Of a stretch of 64,000 nucleotides of DNA, positions 20,182 through 28,848 are shown in pieces. The position numbers were made by a program, and so were the translations under genes. This stretch comes from Ignavibacteriota bacterium (GTDB lineage: Bacteria; Bacteroidota; Ignavibacteria; UBA10030), in the NCBI GenBank assembly GCA_963701295.1, contig OY969585.1:2912001-2976000 (forward strand). The letters are read 5' to 3'. The notes under the pieces are model-generated. The model worked only from the letters and a program-made list of their open reading frames with translations. It made no database searches and had not been told where the DNA came from. Every line of letters starts with the position of its first letter. Within the stretch, counting starts at the first letter, position 1.

Positions 20182-21222
20182 CTAGTATCCACGTTTCTTC
20201 ACTTTTTCAAAATCTGCATGTGCCATCATTTTCGCTAAGTCGCGAAATGTTGTCTTCGGCACCCACCCCAATTTATTTTTGGCTTTTGTTGCATCTCCCA
20301 TAAGCAATTCAACCTCTGTTGGACGATAATATCGAGGATCGACTTCTACGAATGTCTTGCCGTCTTTTTTCGATATTCCTATTTCCTGTTCCTTCTCGCC
20401 TTTCCACACCAAATCCATCTCTAATTCAGTAAACACTGTTTCGATAAATTCTTTCACAGAATGCGCCTCGCCGGTGGCAAGCACAAAATCCTCCGGTACA
20501 TTCTGCTGCAGCATACGCCACATCCCTTCACAATATTCCGGCGCATATCCCCAATCGCGTTTTGCGTGAAGATTTCCTATTGTAAGTTTTTCTTGCAAAC
20601 CAAGCTTGATTCTTGCAGCCGCAAGCGTAATCTTTCTCGTTACAAAGGTTTCACCGCGGCGGGGAGATTCATGATTAAAGAGGATACCATTACAGGCATA
20701 CAGCCCGTATGCTTCACGATAATTGATGATGATCCAGTACCCGTACAGCTTCGCTACACCATACGGACTGCGGGGATAAAATGGCGTTCGCTCTGTTTGC
20801 GGCACTTCCTGCGCTTTGCCGAACAATTCGCTTGTCGAAGCCTGATAAAACCGCGTGCGAACTCCCGTCTCCCGAATCGCATCCAAGAACCGCAGTGTCC
20901 CTACAGCATCCACCTCAGCCGTGTACTCAGGAACCTCAAATGAGACTTTCACATGGCTTTGCGCGGCAAGATTATAGATTTCCTCGGGTTCAACTTTTTC
21001 GAGGAGACGGTTGAGGTTGCTCGTATCCGTCACATCGCCATAATGCAGGAACATACGATCGCCGTATATTTTTGGATTATTGTAAAGATGATCGATACGG
21101 CCTGTGTTGAATGAACTGCTGCGTCGAATGATTCCGTGTACTTCATACCCTTTTTCAAGCAAGAGTTCCAAAAGATAGGAACCATCCTGGCCGGTGATAC
21201 CGGTAATGAGCGCTTTTTTCAT
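20182..21222 (-). CDS. gmd: GDP-mannose 4,6-dehydratase
   Basis: [57 protein letters not shown]. Confidence 0.98.
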   Translation of the reverse strand: MKKALITGITGQDGSYLLELLLEKGYEVHGIIRRSSSFNTGRIDHLYNNPKIYGDRMFLHYGDVTDTSNLNRLLEKVEPEEIYNLAAQSHVKVSFEVPEYTAEVDAVGTLRFLDAIRETGVRTRFYQASTSELFGKAQEVPQTERTPFYPRSPYGVAKLYGYWIIINYREAYGLYACNGILFNHESPRRGETFVTRKITLAAARIKLGLQEKLTIGNLHAKRDWGYAPEYCEGMWRMLQQNVPEDFVLATGEAHSVKEFIETVFTELEMDLVWKGEKEQEIGISKKDGKTFVEVDPRYYRPTEVELLMGDATKAKNKLGWVPKTTFRDLAKMMAHADFEKVKKRGY

Positions 21223-21230
21223 AAAAATTA

Positions 21231-21314
21231 GTAAAGAGTGAATGGTGAATAGTAAATGGTGAATAGTAAATAGTAAATGGTAAATAGTAAATAGTGAATA
21301 GTAAATAGTGAATT
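21231..21314 (+). repeat. Heptamer tandem array, 12 units GTRAATR
   Basis: gtaaaga gtgaatg gtgaata gtaaatg gtgaata gtaaata gtaaatg gtaaata gtaaata gtgaata gtaaata gtgaatt. Confidence 0.95.
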
Positions 21315-21344
21315 GTTCATGATATCTGATTAAAAGTAAAAAAA

Positions 21345-21706
21345 TCAGTCTCGAATAGATTTACTCAAACCGCTGAGTAGTTTCTGAATCTCTATCAGAT
21401 GAACTTCAATCCTTTCGTACTGTGCTTTATCAAAATAATTCATATTCAGGCATATCTCTACCTGCGTATCAATCTCACTAAGAGAACCTTGTGCAACATT
21501 AAGGAAATACAATTTCTCTTTTTTCGATTTTCGTGTAAGTCCTTCTGCTATATTTGAAGGAACTGATACGGCAGCTCGCTTCAACTGCGACTTTAAACCA
21601 AACTCTTCATCCCGTGGAAATGTCTTTGTTTCTTCATAAATCAATGTGACCAATGCAATACTTTTCTTCCATGCTTCCAGCTTTTTGTGCGCCTTTCGTT
21701 GATCAC
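21345..21706 (-). CDS. Four-helix-bundle protein (IVP/Avd-like); homology extends upstream of the TTG at 21653 but the natural start appears frameshifted
   Basis: In-frame '[55 protein letters not shown]'; the nearest GTG (21704-21706) is out of frame by one base. Confidence 0.8.
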
Positions 21707-21716
21707 AATTACTTTC

Positions 21717-21772
21717 TTTTCTCTGTTCCCTGTTTCCTCATTACTCTTCACCGTTTACTCTTTATCGGTTAC
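21717..21772 (-). repeat. Heptamer array, about 8 units, inverted relative to 21231-21314
   Basis: Plus strand tgttccc tgtttcc tcattac tcttcac cgtttac tctttat cggttac; overlaps the stop codon at 21769. Confidence 0.75.
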
Positions 21773-22734
21773 TTATTTTTCTTCTTTAATTTTACTTGCG
21801 CTTCCACCCATGGATAGGTCAGTTTAATCCCATCTTCAAGATATACCTTCGCTTTCCAGCCAAGTGAGAATATCCGGTCATTTGAGAAATTACGCGATTG
21901 AACTCCGACCGGGCCCTTGACATGCTTGATAATGATTTTCTTTTCTGCGACCTTCGCGACTGTATTGGCGAGCTCATCAACCGTTACATACTGCGGGCAT
22001 CCGATATTCACAGCTCCCCTCAAATCCGAATGCATCAAGAGATAAATACCATCCACCATATCGCTTACGTAGGTATAAGAACGAACTGCTGTGCCATCTC
22101 CCCAGACTTCAATTGTGCCGCCATTTTCGGCTTCCGCCACTTTGCGAGACATTGCAGCGGGAGCTTTTTCCCGTCCGCCCGTCCAGGTGCCTTCCGGGCC
22201 GTAGCAATTTTGAAACCTCGCAATCCTTACTTGCATTCCATACCGGCGCTCATACGCCATGGCAATACGCTCAGAATAAAGTTTCTCCCACCCGTATTCG
22301 TTATCGGGATGCGCAGGAATTGCCTGATCTTCCGACATCTCAGGCTCGCCCGGTTTCATATCGCGATAGACACAGACAGACGAGGAAAAGAAATAGCGAG
22401 GTACGCCCATTCTTGCCGCGAGATCCGTCATATAAATATTCACAAGCGCGCTATTGTGCATGATCTCGGTTTCAGCGGAATGAATAAAGCCCATTCCACC
22501 CATATCTGCAGCAAGTTGATATACTTCATCGAATGTACCGCCATCGACCGTAAGCGCTGTACGACAATTGTCTTCAATCCTTAGATCCAGCAAGAGAAAT
22601 TCATCCGCCGCCTTCGGCGACCATTCGTGCGGCTTGATATCGACGCTGCGAACCCAGTAGCCTTCTTTTTTGAGTTTCTTTACAAGATGACAGCCAATAA
22701 AACCTCCTGCACCGCATACTAAAGCTTTTTTCAT
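21769..22734 (-). CDS. NAD-dependent epimerase, GDP-mannose 3,5-epimerase-like
   Basis: GAGGFIG, QLAADMGGMGFIHS, SSSVCVY, YGWEKL, GGREKAPAA, IEVWGDG: motifs characteristic of the GME subfamily. Confidence 0.85.
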   Translation of the reverse strand: MKKALVCGAGGFIGCHLVKKLKKEGYWVRSVDIKPHEWSPKAADEFLLLDLRIEDNCRTALTVDGGTFDEVYQLAADMGGMGFIHSAETEIMHNSALVNIYMTDLAARMGVPRYFFSSSVCVYRDMKPGEPEMSEDQAIPAHPDNEYGWEKLYSERIAMAYERRYGMQVRIARFQNCYGPEGTWTGGREKAPAAMSRKVAEAENGGTIEVWGDGTAVRSYTYVSDMVDGIYLLMHSDLRGAVNIGCPQYVTVDELANTVAKVAEKKIIIKHVKGPVGVQSRNFSNDRIFSLGWKAKVYLEDGIKLTYPWVEAQVKLKKKNK

Positions 22735-22737
22735 GAT

Positions 22738-22810
22738 GTTATCAGTTAAGAGTTATGAGTGAATAGTAAATTTGTTAGATAGTTATTTTGTTCTTAGTTG
22801 TTAGTTAAAG
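22738..22810 (+). repeat. Heptamer array, about 10 units (GTTANNA)
   Basis: gttatca gttaaga gttatga gtgaata gtaaatt ... gttctta gttgtta gttaaag. Confidence 0.75.
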
Positions 22811-22997
22811 ACATATTTTATTAACCGATGGTATGAAGAAAACCCGAATTTTTATATCAGAGTAAGAAATCATTCAATGCACTTCCCCTTTTTCCCCTTC
22901 TTAACTAAGGAGGGGATATGGAGTAGTTGAAATTTTTGATTGGTGCATTTTCTATTGTAACTTCTTGTGCGGTTTTTACCTTTCTACTTGCTAAATC

Positions 22998-23067
22998 TTC
23001 TTACTTATCACGTATTACCTATCACTCTTCACCGTTCACTCTTCATCGTTTACTCTTCACTCTTTAC
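22998..23067 (-). repeat. Heptamer array, 10 units, inverted relative to 22738-22810
   Basis: Plus strand ttcttac ttatcac gtattac ctatcac tcttcac cgttcac tcttcat cgtttac tcttcac tctttac; overlaps the ugd stop. Confidence 0.88.
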
Positions 23068-24370
23068 TGCTCTTTCTTCCAATTCCATAATAGGTAAACC
23101 CGGCATCCTGTACTTCCTTGGGATCGTAAATATTTCTTCCGTCAAACATAACCGGCGTCTTCATAATGGACTTCATGTAAAGCATATCCGGTTTACGGAA
23201 TTCATTCCATTCCGTCACGACAATCAGTGCGTCTGCATTGTTCAGTGCGGCGTATGCCGTCTTACAAAACTGCACACGAGCACCAAACACTTTCTTTGCA
23301 TGAGGCATCGCAACCGGGTCATGGGCTTTTATGGTCACCCCCTCTTTCAATAAGCTTGATATGATCACCATGGAAGGAGCTTCACGAATATCGTCCGTCT
23401 GAGGCTTGAATGCAATTCCCCAAATCGCAACAGTTTTTCCTTTGAGTTTCCCTGCGAAATGTCTTTTAAGCTTTGCGATCAGCATTTTCTTCTGGTCTTC
23501 ATTGATACGGTCTACCGCATCGAGAATGCGCAATGGATGCGCATTGTTCGCCGATGTTTTGATCAACGCCTTAACATCTTTTGGGAAACATGAACCGCCG
23601 TAGCCGATACCTGCAAATAAAAAATTCTTGCCGATGCGCGGGTCGCTGCCAATTCCTTTTCGTATCCATTCGATGTCTGCGCCGACTTTCTCGCAGAGGT
23701 TTGCAAGATCGTTCATAAATGTGATCTTCGTCGCCAGAAATGAATTTGCTGCATACTTTGTCAGCTCTGCGCTTTTTTCATCCATGACGATGATGGGATT
23801 GCCGGTACGGACAAAAGGTTCGTACAGTTCTCTCATGACTTGTGCGGTTTTCTTATCGCTAGTCCCGATAATGATGCGATCCGGTCTCAAGGAGTCTTGA
23901 AGCGCCGACCCCTCTTTGAAGAATTCCGGATTGGACACGACTTGTACGTCGTATTTCCCGCGGTTCTCAAATATTTGCCTCATTTTTTCTACTGTGCCGA
24001 CCGGAACTGTACTTTTGCTGACAACGATTTTTGCTTCATTCAAATAACCTGCTATCCCCTTTGCTACTTCCATCACATGTGTAAGGTCAGCAGAACCGTT
24101 TTCCGATTGCGGTGTTGGAAGACAGAGAAAAATAACTTGAGACTTTTCGACTGCAAATTTTAAATTCGTCGAAAATACCAAGCGCCCGTCTTTTACGTTT
24201 CGCTTTACGACCTCATCCAGGCCCGGTTCATAGATCGGAATAATTCCTTTTTTAAGGTTGTCGATCTTTTTTTTGTCGATATCCATGCAAATGACGTTGT
24301 TGCCTGTGTCTGCAAAACAAGCGCCTTGCACAATGCCTACATAACCGGTTCCAATAATAGATATCTTCAT
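23057..24370 (-). CDS. ugd: UDP-glucose 6-dehydrogenase
   Basis: IIGTGYVG, KSTVPVGT, NPEF, SAELTKYAANSFLA, GYGGSCFPKD, FKPQTDDIREAP. Confidence 0.96.
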   Translation of the reverse strand: MKISIIGTGYVGIVQGACFADTGNNVICMDIDKKKIDNLKKGIIPIYEPGLDEVVKRNVKDGRLVFSTNLKFAVEKSQVIFLCLPTPQSENGSADLTHVMEVAKGIAGYLNEAKIVVSKSTVPVGTVEKMRQIFENRGKYDVQVVSNPEFFKEGSALQDSLRPDRIIIGTSDKKTAQVMRELYEPFVRTGNPIIVMDEKSAELTKYAANSFLATKITFMNDLANLCEKVGADIEWIRKGIGSDPRIGKNFLFAGIGYGGSCFPKDVKALIKTSANNAHPLRILDAVDRINEDQKKMLIAKLKRHFAGKLKGKTVAIWGIAFKPQTDDIREAPSMVIISSLLKEGVTIKAHDPVAMPHAKKVFGARVQFCKTAYAALNNADALIVVTEWNEFRKPDMLYMKSIMKTPVMFDGRNIYDPKEVQDAGFTYYGIGRKSSKE

Positions 24371-24378
24371 AATGACTT

Positions 24379-24441
24379 GTAAATAGTTAAGAGTTTATGT
24401 TGAATGGTTAATAGTAAACAGCAAACAGTGAATAGCAATCA
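24379..24441 (+). repeat. Heptamer array, 9 units
   Basis: gtaaata gttaaga gtttatg ttgaatg gttaata gtaaaca gcaaaca gtgaata gcaatca. Confidence 0.85.
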
Positions 24442-24540
24442 TTAAAAAGTGGTCATCAAGGCATACGTTAACACTCCAAAAAAACCATAAGATTAATAAT
24501 TTTACGGATTAATTGACAGAAAGTAAAGGATGAGAAGACG

Positions 24541-24713
24541 ATAAACAGTGAATAGTGAAAGGTAAAGAGTTAAAATTGAATAGTGAATAGTAAAGAGTGA
24601 AGGGTTAAGAGGAAAGAGTGATGAGAGTTCGTAGTGCGTAGTTAACAGAGTAAAACAACGAAGAGTAAACAGTAAATGGTGATAAGTGATAGGTGAGATG
24701 TGAATTGTGAAGA
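24541..24713 (+). repeat. Long mosaic heptamer array, about 23 units
   Basis: gtgaata gtgaaag gtaaaga ... gttcgta gtgcgta ... gtaaaca gtaaatg gtgataa gtgatag gtgagat gtgaatt gtgaaga. Confidence 0.9.
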
Positions 24714-24718
24714 GATAC

Positions 24719-26164
24719 TCAACACGCACCTTTCCCGAAGAGAACAACGGGGATGGTTGCAAAGATAATCTCCAGATCGAAAATGAGGGATTGATTCTCA
24801 ATGTAATAGAGATCGAGCCAGATCATGTCATGAAATCCGAGAGCGCTTCTTCCTGATATCTGCCACAATCCGGTAATTCCCGGTTTTACTTTTTCACGAA
24901 CCTTAATGGTGTTCCAATAATCTTTCGACTCTTTGAGTTTTTCTAAATCGAAAACAGGCAAGGGTCTCGGACCGACAATACTCATTTCTCCTCTGATGAC
25001 ATTGATCAGCTGCGGTAGTTCGTCAATACTGAGTTTTCGGATAATCTTGCCGACCTTTGTCATGCGCGGGTCATTCTTAATTTTAAAAAGCGCTCCGTTC
25101 GATTCATTTTTTTCAAACAAGGATTCTTTGAGCGCATCCGCGTCTTTCACCATACTGCGAAATTTATAAAAGTAAAACATTTCACCGCCGCGAATTGCCG
25201 CACGATGCTGCTTAAAAAATATCGGCATCCCTGACTCTATCAATATTGCCGCTGCCGTAACAAGAAGTATCGGACTGAGAAGAATCAATGCAGTGACAGC
25301 AAAGACAATATCAAACAACCGCTTGAGCACATATTTAGCGGTGTCAATGCGTTTTCGTTCCTGGGAGTAGATAGTAATCCCTGCCATATCGTACACACGT
25401 GACAACGACATGAGAGAACCGGAATTCTCCGACAGTACTTTAAGTTTTATCTGTTTCTTTTGGCATATTTTCAGAATACCAGCATACCCGTTTGTCATTG
25501 TCTCAATGGAAGGAACAAAGACCCTGTCAATTTCAAATTTCTCAACGAGATGTTGAAATTCGGATAATGGATACGTTGGGATAAGAGATCCGTTTATTCT
25601 TATATGCCGGGGAGTTCTCTGAGGTTGTTGATGAACAACCATGCCTTGAATGACATATCCCAGCTCGGGGAATTTCTTAAACCGCCGTACAACATTCATA
25701 CCTTCCTGATCGTATCCTGCAAGGAGAACATGATGATTTCCATACCCCCGCTGCTGCATAGAACGAACAAAGATATTTAAAAGCACTCTGCCAAGAACGA
25801 AGAGTACGGGCAGGAGAAGAAAAAAAATAATTGTGAACCTTCTTGGAAAATCGCTGTATTGAAAGAGAAAAAGAACCGAAAAAAGAATGAGCACAGAATA
25901 GAGATATGCCTTACTCGCTAAAAAATAGAGACGCTTGGTATTGCTGTGCAATGTAACCCGATACACTCCGATGATCAGCGCTGAAAAGATCATCGACAAT
26001 CCAAGAAATGCGCTGAATTGAAGAAACACGGTTGTGGAATAATAGGATAGATTGGGAAAAAATCCCCGTACGATATAAGCAAGAATCGCGCTTGTTACAA
26101 GAGCGAGAGTATCCGTAAGAAGAGCAATGAAAATTACTATGGTTCGCCAGTTGCGTTTCAGCAT
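24719..26164 (-). CDS. Priming polyprenyl-phosphate sugar-1-phosphate transferase (WcaJ/WbaP family)
   Basis: N-terminal TMs, 'KRLFDIV', 'YKFRSM', 'DPRMTKVG', 'DELPQLINV..GEMSIVGPRP', 'KPGITGLWQ'. Confidence 0.95.
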   Translation of the reverse strand: MLKRNWRTIVIFIALLTDTLALVTSAILAYIVRGFFPNLSYYSTTVFLQFSAFLGLSMIFSALIIGVYRVTLHSNTKRLYFLASKAYLYSVLILFSVLFLFQYSDFPRRFTIIFFLLLPVLFVLGRVLLNIFVRSMQQRGYGNHHVLLAGYDQEGMNVVRRFKKFPELGYVIQGMVVHQQPQRTPRHIRINGSLIPTYPLSEFQHLVEKFEIDRVFVPSIETMTNGYAGILKICQKKQIKLKVLSENSGSLMSLSRVYDMAGITIYSQERKRIDTAKYVLKRLFDIVFAVTALILLSPILLVTAAAILIESGMPIFFKQHRAAIRGGEMFYFYKFRSMVKDADALKESLFEKNESNGALFKIKNDPRMTKVGKIIRKLSIDELPQLINVIRGEMSIVGPRPLPVFDLEKLKESKDYWNTIKVREKVKPGITGLWQISGRSALGFHDMIWLDLYYIENQSLIFDLEIIFATIPVVLFGKGAC

Positions 26165-26427
26165 GTATAATTGGTTTTTCTATTCAATGATCCCCTTGCC
26201 TCCGAGGAAATATGCACTATTCCTTATATAAATTTGGAATAATTATACCAGAGATGCAAGAGAGAACTGTTCTCCCAGACCAGAATGTGCGCTGAATCAA
26301 CTTAAAACTAAGCAGAAGCCATACTGGGTGCTGTCGGGACTTATTTGCCCGCTTGACGAGCCCTTCGCAGTCTGATAACCAGCCTTATCGCGGGGGGGCG
26401 CTGTATTTTTTGTCATCAGATTATGCC

Positions 26428-26866
26428 GACATTGCGAATGACTGCAAGGAGCGCGACAGTCTTACACCCGTCATTGCGAATGTTTTCCAATGAAGCAATC
26501 TCTCTTTTCCCTATGGTATCAGATTGCTTCACCGCTTTCAGCGGTTCGCAATGACAATATGAAAGTCATTGCAAACGACTTCTAGGAGCACGGCAATCCC
26601 TCTTTTCCTCTTTCTCCGTCATTGCGAACAGTTTCATCGTGAAGCAATCTCTCCTTTTCTCAACGTTATCAGATTGCCTCAGTCGTTTCACTCCTTCGCA
26701 ATGACATAATAGGACGGTCAGTAGACTACGTGTCATTGTGAGCGACCGTAAAGAGTGCGGCAGTCTCTCTCATTCAGTCATTGCGATCCCGACTTGTCGG
26801 GAGAAGCAATCTCGTTTTTTCCCTTAGTAAGTAGGTTTCTTCGTCTTTCGGGATCTTCGCAATGAC
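26428..26866. repeat. REP-like palindromic repeat cluster (GTCATTGCGA...GAAGCAATC / GATTGCTTC...TCGCAATGAC)
   Basis: Forward half-sites at 26428, 26470, 26565, 26618, 26732, 26777; inverted ones ending at 26555, 26705, 26866. Confidence 0.92.
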
Positions 26867-26874
26867 TTGGCTCT

Positions 26875-27192
26875 TTATTCTAATTCAAGAGGAAGTATTT
26901 CTCCATCTTGATACAAATCTTTCCATTCGGGATTCACATTATCAATAAGATCAAGTTTCTTCTGTCTTGAACCTGCTTTGATTTGTTTCTCGCGTGAAAT
27001 GGCATCATAAGCAGTTTCAAATATTTCATAATACACGAGTTTGGTAATATTGTACCGACTTGTAAATCCTTTTATCTGTTTCTCTTTGTGTTTCCATACT
27101 CTTCGTGCAAGATCATTTGTCATGCCGGTATACAGTACAGTATTGTTCTTATTGGTCATTATGTATGCAAAGTATTGTCGTTCTTCGTACAT
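26875..27192 (-). CDS. Stand-alone GIY-YIG nuclease family protein
   Basis: 'YFAYIM...LYTGMTNDLARRVWKHK...FTSRYNITKLVYYE...AISREKQIK...NPEWKDL'. Confidence 0.93.
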   Translation of the reverse strand: MYEERQYFAYIMTNKNNTVLYTGMTNDLARRVWKHKEKQIKGFTSRYNITKLVYYEIFETAYDAISREKQIKAGSRQKKLDLIDNVNPEWKDLYQDGEILPLELE

Positions 27193-27202
27193 AAGTTATG
27201 TC

Positions 27203-27603
27203 GTCATTGCACTCTCACACGTCATTGCGAACGTAGTGAAGCAATCCTTCTTCTATTCAGTCACTGCGAACATTTTCATCGTGAAGCAATCTCTCCTTTT
27301 CTCGACGTTATCAGATTGCTTCGTCACCTGCCCCTTCGGGGCTTCGTTCCTCGCAATGACAATATGAAAGTCATTGCGAGTGACTGCAAGAAGCGCGACA
27401 GTCTTACACCCGTCATTGCGAACGCAGTGAAGCAATCCTTCTTCTATTCAGTCATTGCGAACAGTTTCCTCGTGAAGCAATCTCTCCTTTTCTCAACGTT
27501 ATCAGATTGCTTCACCGCTTTCAGCGGTTCGCAATGACATAATAGGATGGTCAGCAGACTACGTGTCATTGCGAGTCCCAACTAAGCGGGACGAAGCAAT
27601 CCC
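27203..27603. repeat. REP-like palindromic repeat cluster, same family
   Basis: Forward half-sites at 27203, 27221, 27260, 27370, 27412, 27451, 27565; inverted ones ending at 27360, 27538. Confidence 0.92.
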
Positions 27604-27701
27604 GTTTTTTCTTTCTTAAGAGAATAGCGTCGCTGTTTCACTCATCGCGTTGATTTGGCGCTTTATTTGAACGGATACACACTGGACAATTACAACAAAC
27701 A

Positions 27702-28838
27702 TCAGGAGGCAACTCCAGATGCCATCTTTTCTTTTTCCCCTGAAACCATTTTACAAAATAACTTTTCGTACTGATTAGTGATCTTTTCCCAAGTATATTT
27801 TTCTTCAATTCTTTTTTTTGCTTTTGCACGGAAAGCCTTCACAAGGGATTCATCAGAATCCATGTGATGGATAAGCCGAGTTAATTCGTTTGGTTCCTTT
27901 TTAAAATATACGCCATGCTCTTCTCCATCGAGCACTTCCCGGCTAAAGACAGTATCCAACGCAAGCACACAACAGCCGCTCGCAAGTGCCATTAGAAGAG
28001 TCGGATTAGTTCCGCCAAATTCATGTCCATGGATATATACATAAGAATTGCAATACAATTCACGCAGAACCTCCGCATCCCGTACATATCCGGTAAATAT
28101 TATTCTTAGATCCTTTGTCTGCCTAATAGATTCTGCGTAAGCATCTTTATAGGGAACATCCCCTACAATAACAAGTTTCCGCTTTGTCTTAGTTTGTTCA
28201 AAACCTCTGACAATATCGGCAGCGTTATTGTCCGGTATTAATCTGCCTACAACAAGATAATATTCATCGGGAGATAAATTATATTTCTGAAGCAGTTCAG
28301 GTTTTTGGCTTGTTGAAATATGTGCGCCGTATGCAATAACCACGCTCTCTGCACTAAATTCCCTCCTATAGATCTCAGCCATGCTCTCTGAATCTGAAAC
28401 AACAACATTAAATAACTTTGTAGCAAGTTTGGATGCTGTGTAGAAGTACTTAGCGCCCAATCCTTTCCATTTAGGACGCAGCCATTCTAAGCCATCGACA
28501 TTAATAGCGGTTTTCTGTCTAAAGAGTTTTGTCAGTAAACCAAACGGTCCATTGGCAGAGTTTACATAGAATACAACATCATTCCCTCTGCAACAGACAT
28601 CAAGTGTGGAAAGGAGTGAATTAGTAAATTGGCTGAGGGTTTTTGATTTAATTGAAGGAATATATCGCAATTGCACACCATCGACAATTTTTGGATAACT
28701 CCCAAATAGCCCACGATGACAATAAACTGTTACAATATGCCCTCGTGCTGTAAGTCTCGGAGCTAACTCAGCTACAAATGTCTCATAACCGCTATAAACA
28801 TAAGGATAACCACGTGTACCTATGATTGAGATGTTCAT
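27702..28838 (-). CDS. GT4 glycosyltransferase with DUF1972-type N-terminus
   Basis: 'IIGTRGYP..YSGYETF', 'NVDGLEW.RPKW', 'HGHEFGGTNPTLL'. Confidence 0.9.
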   Translation of the reverse strand: MNISIIGTRGYPYVYSGYETFVAELAPRLTARGHIVTVYCHRGLFGSYPKIVDGVQLRYIPSIKSKTLSQFTNSLLSTLDVCCRGNDVVFYVNSANGPFGLLTKLFRQKTAINVDGLEWLRPKWKGLGAKYFYTASKLATKLFNVVVSDSESMAEIYRREFSAESVVIAYGAHISTSQKPELLQKYNLSPDEYYLVVGRLIPDNNAADIVRGFEQTKTKRKLVIVGDVPYKDAYAESIRQTKDLRIIFTGYVRDAEVLRELYCNSYVYIHGHEFGGTNPTLLMALASGCCVLALDTVFSREVLDGEEHGVYFKKEPNELTRLIHHMDSDESLVKAFRAKAKKRIEEKYTWEKITNQYEKLFCKMVSGEKEKMASGVAS

Positions 28839-28848
28839 AATTACATTG

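Noticed and set aside
24502-24801. 99-aa ORF, and similar ORFs at 22967-23353, 42094-42486 and 45302-45514
   Set aside because: Low-complexity S/L/F/T/H/Y translations produced by the heptamer arrays or pseudogene debris
26392-26398. G7 tract upstream of the priming transferase as a phase-variation switch
   Set aside because: Short, non-coding and not linked to an identifiable promoter
27041-27537. ORFs overlapping the GIY-YIG gene and repeats
   Set aside because: Translations of the palindromic repeats (VIANxVKQS) or antisense to a well-supported gene
26428-27603. Possible CRISPR array
   Set aside because: Repeats vary in length, occur in both orientations, the intervening sequences are themselves repeated, and there are no cas genes; better described as REP-like palindromes
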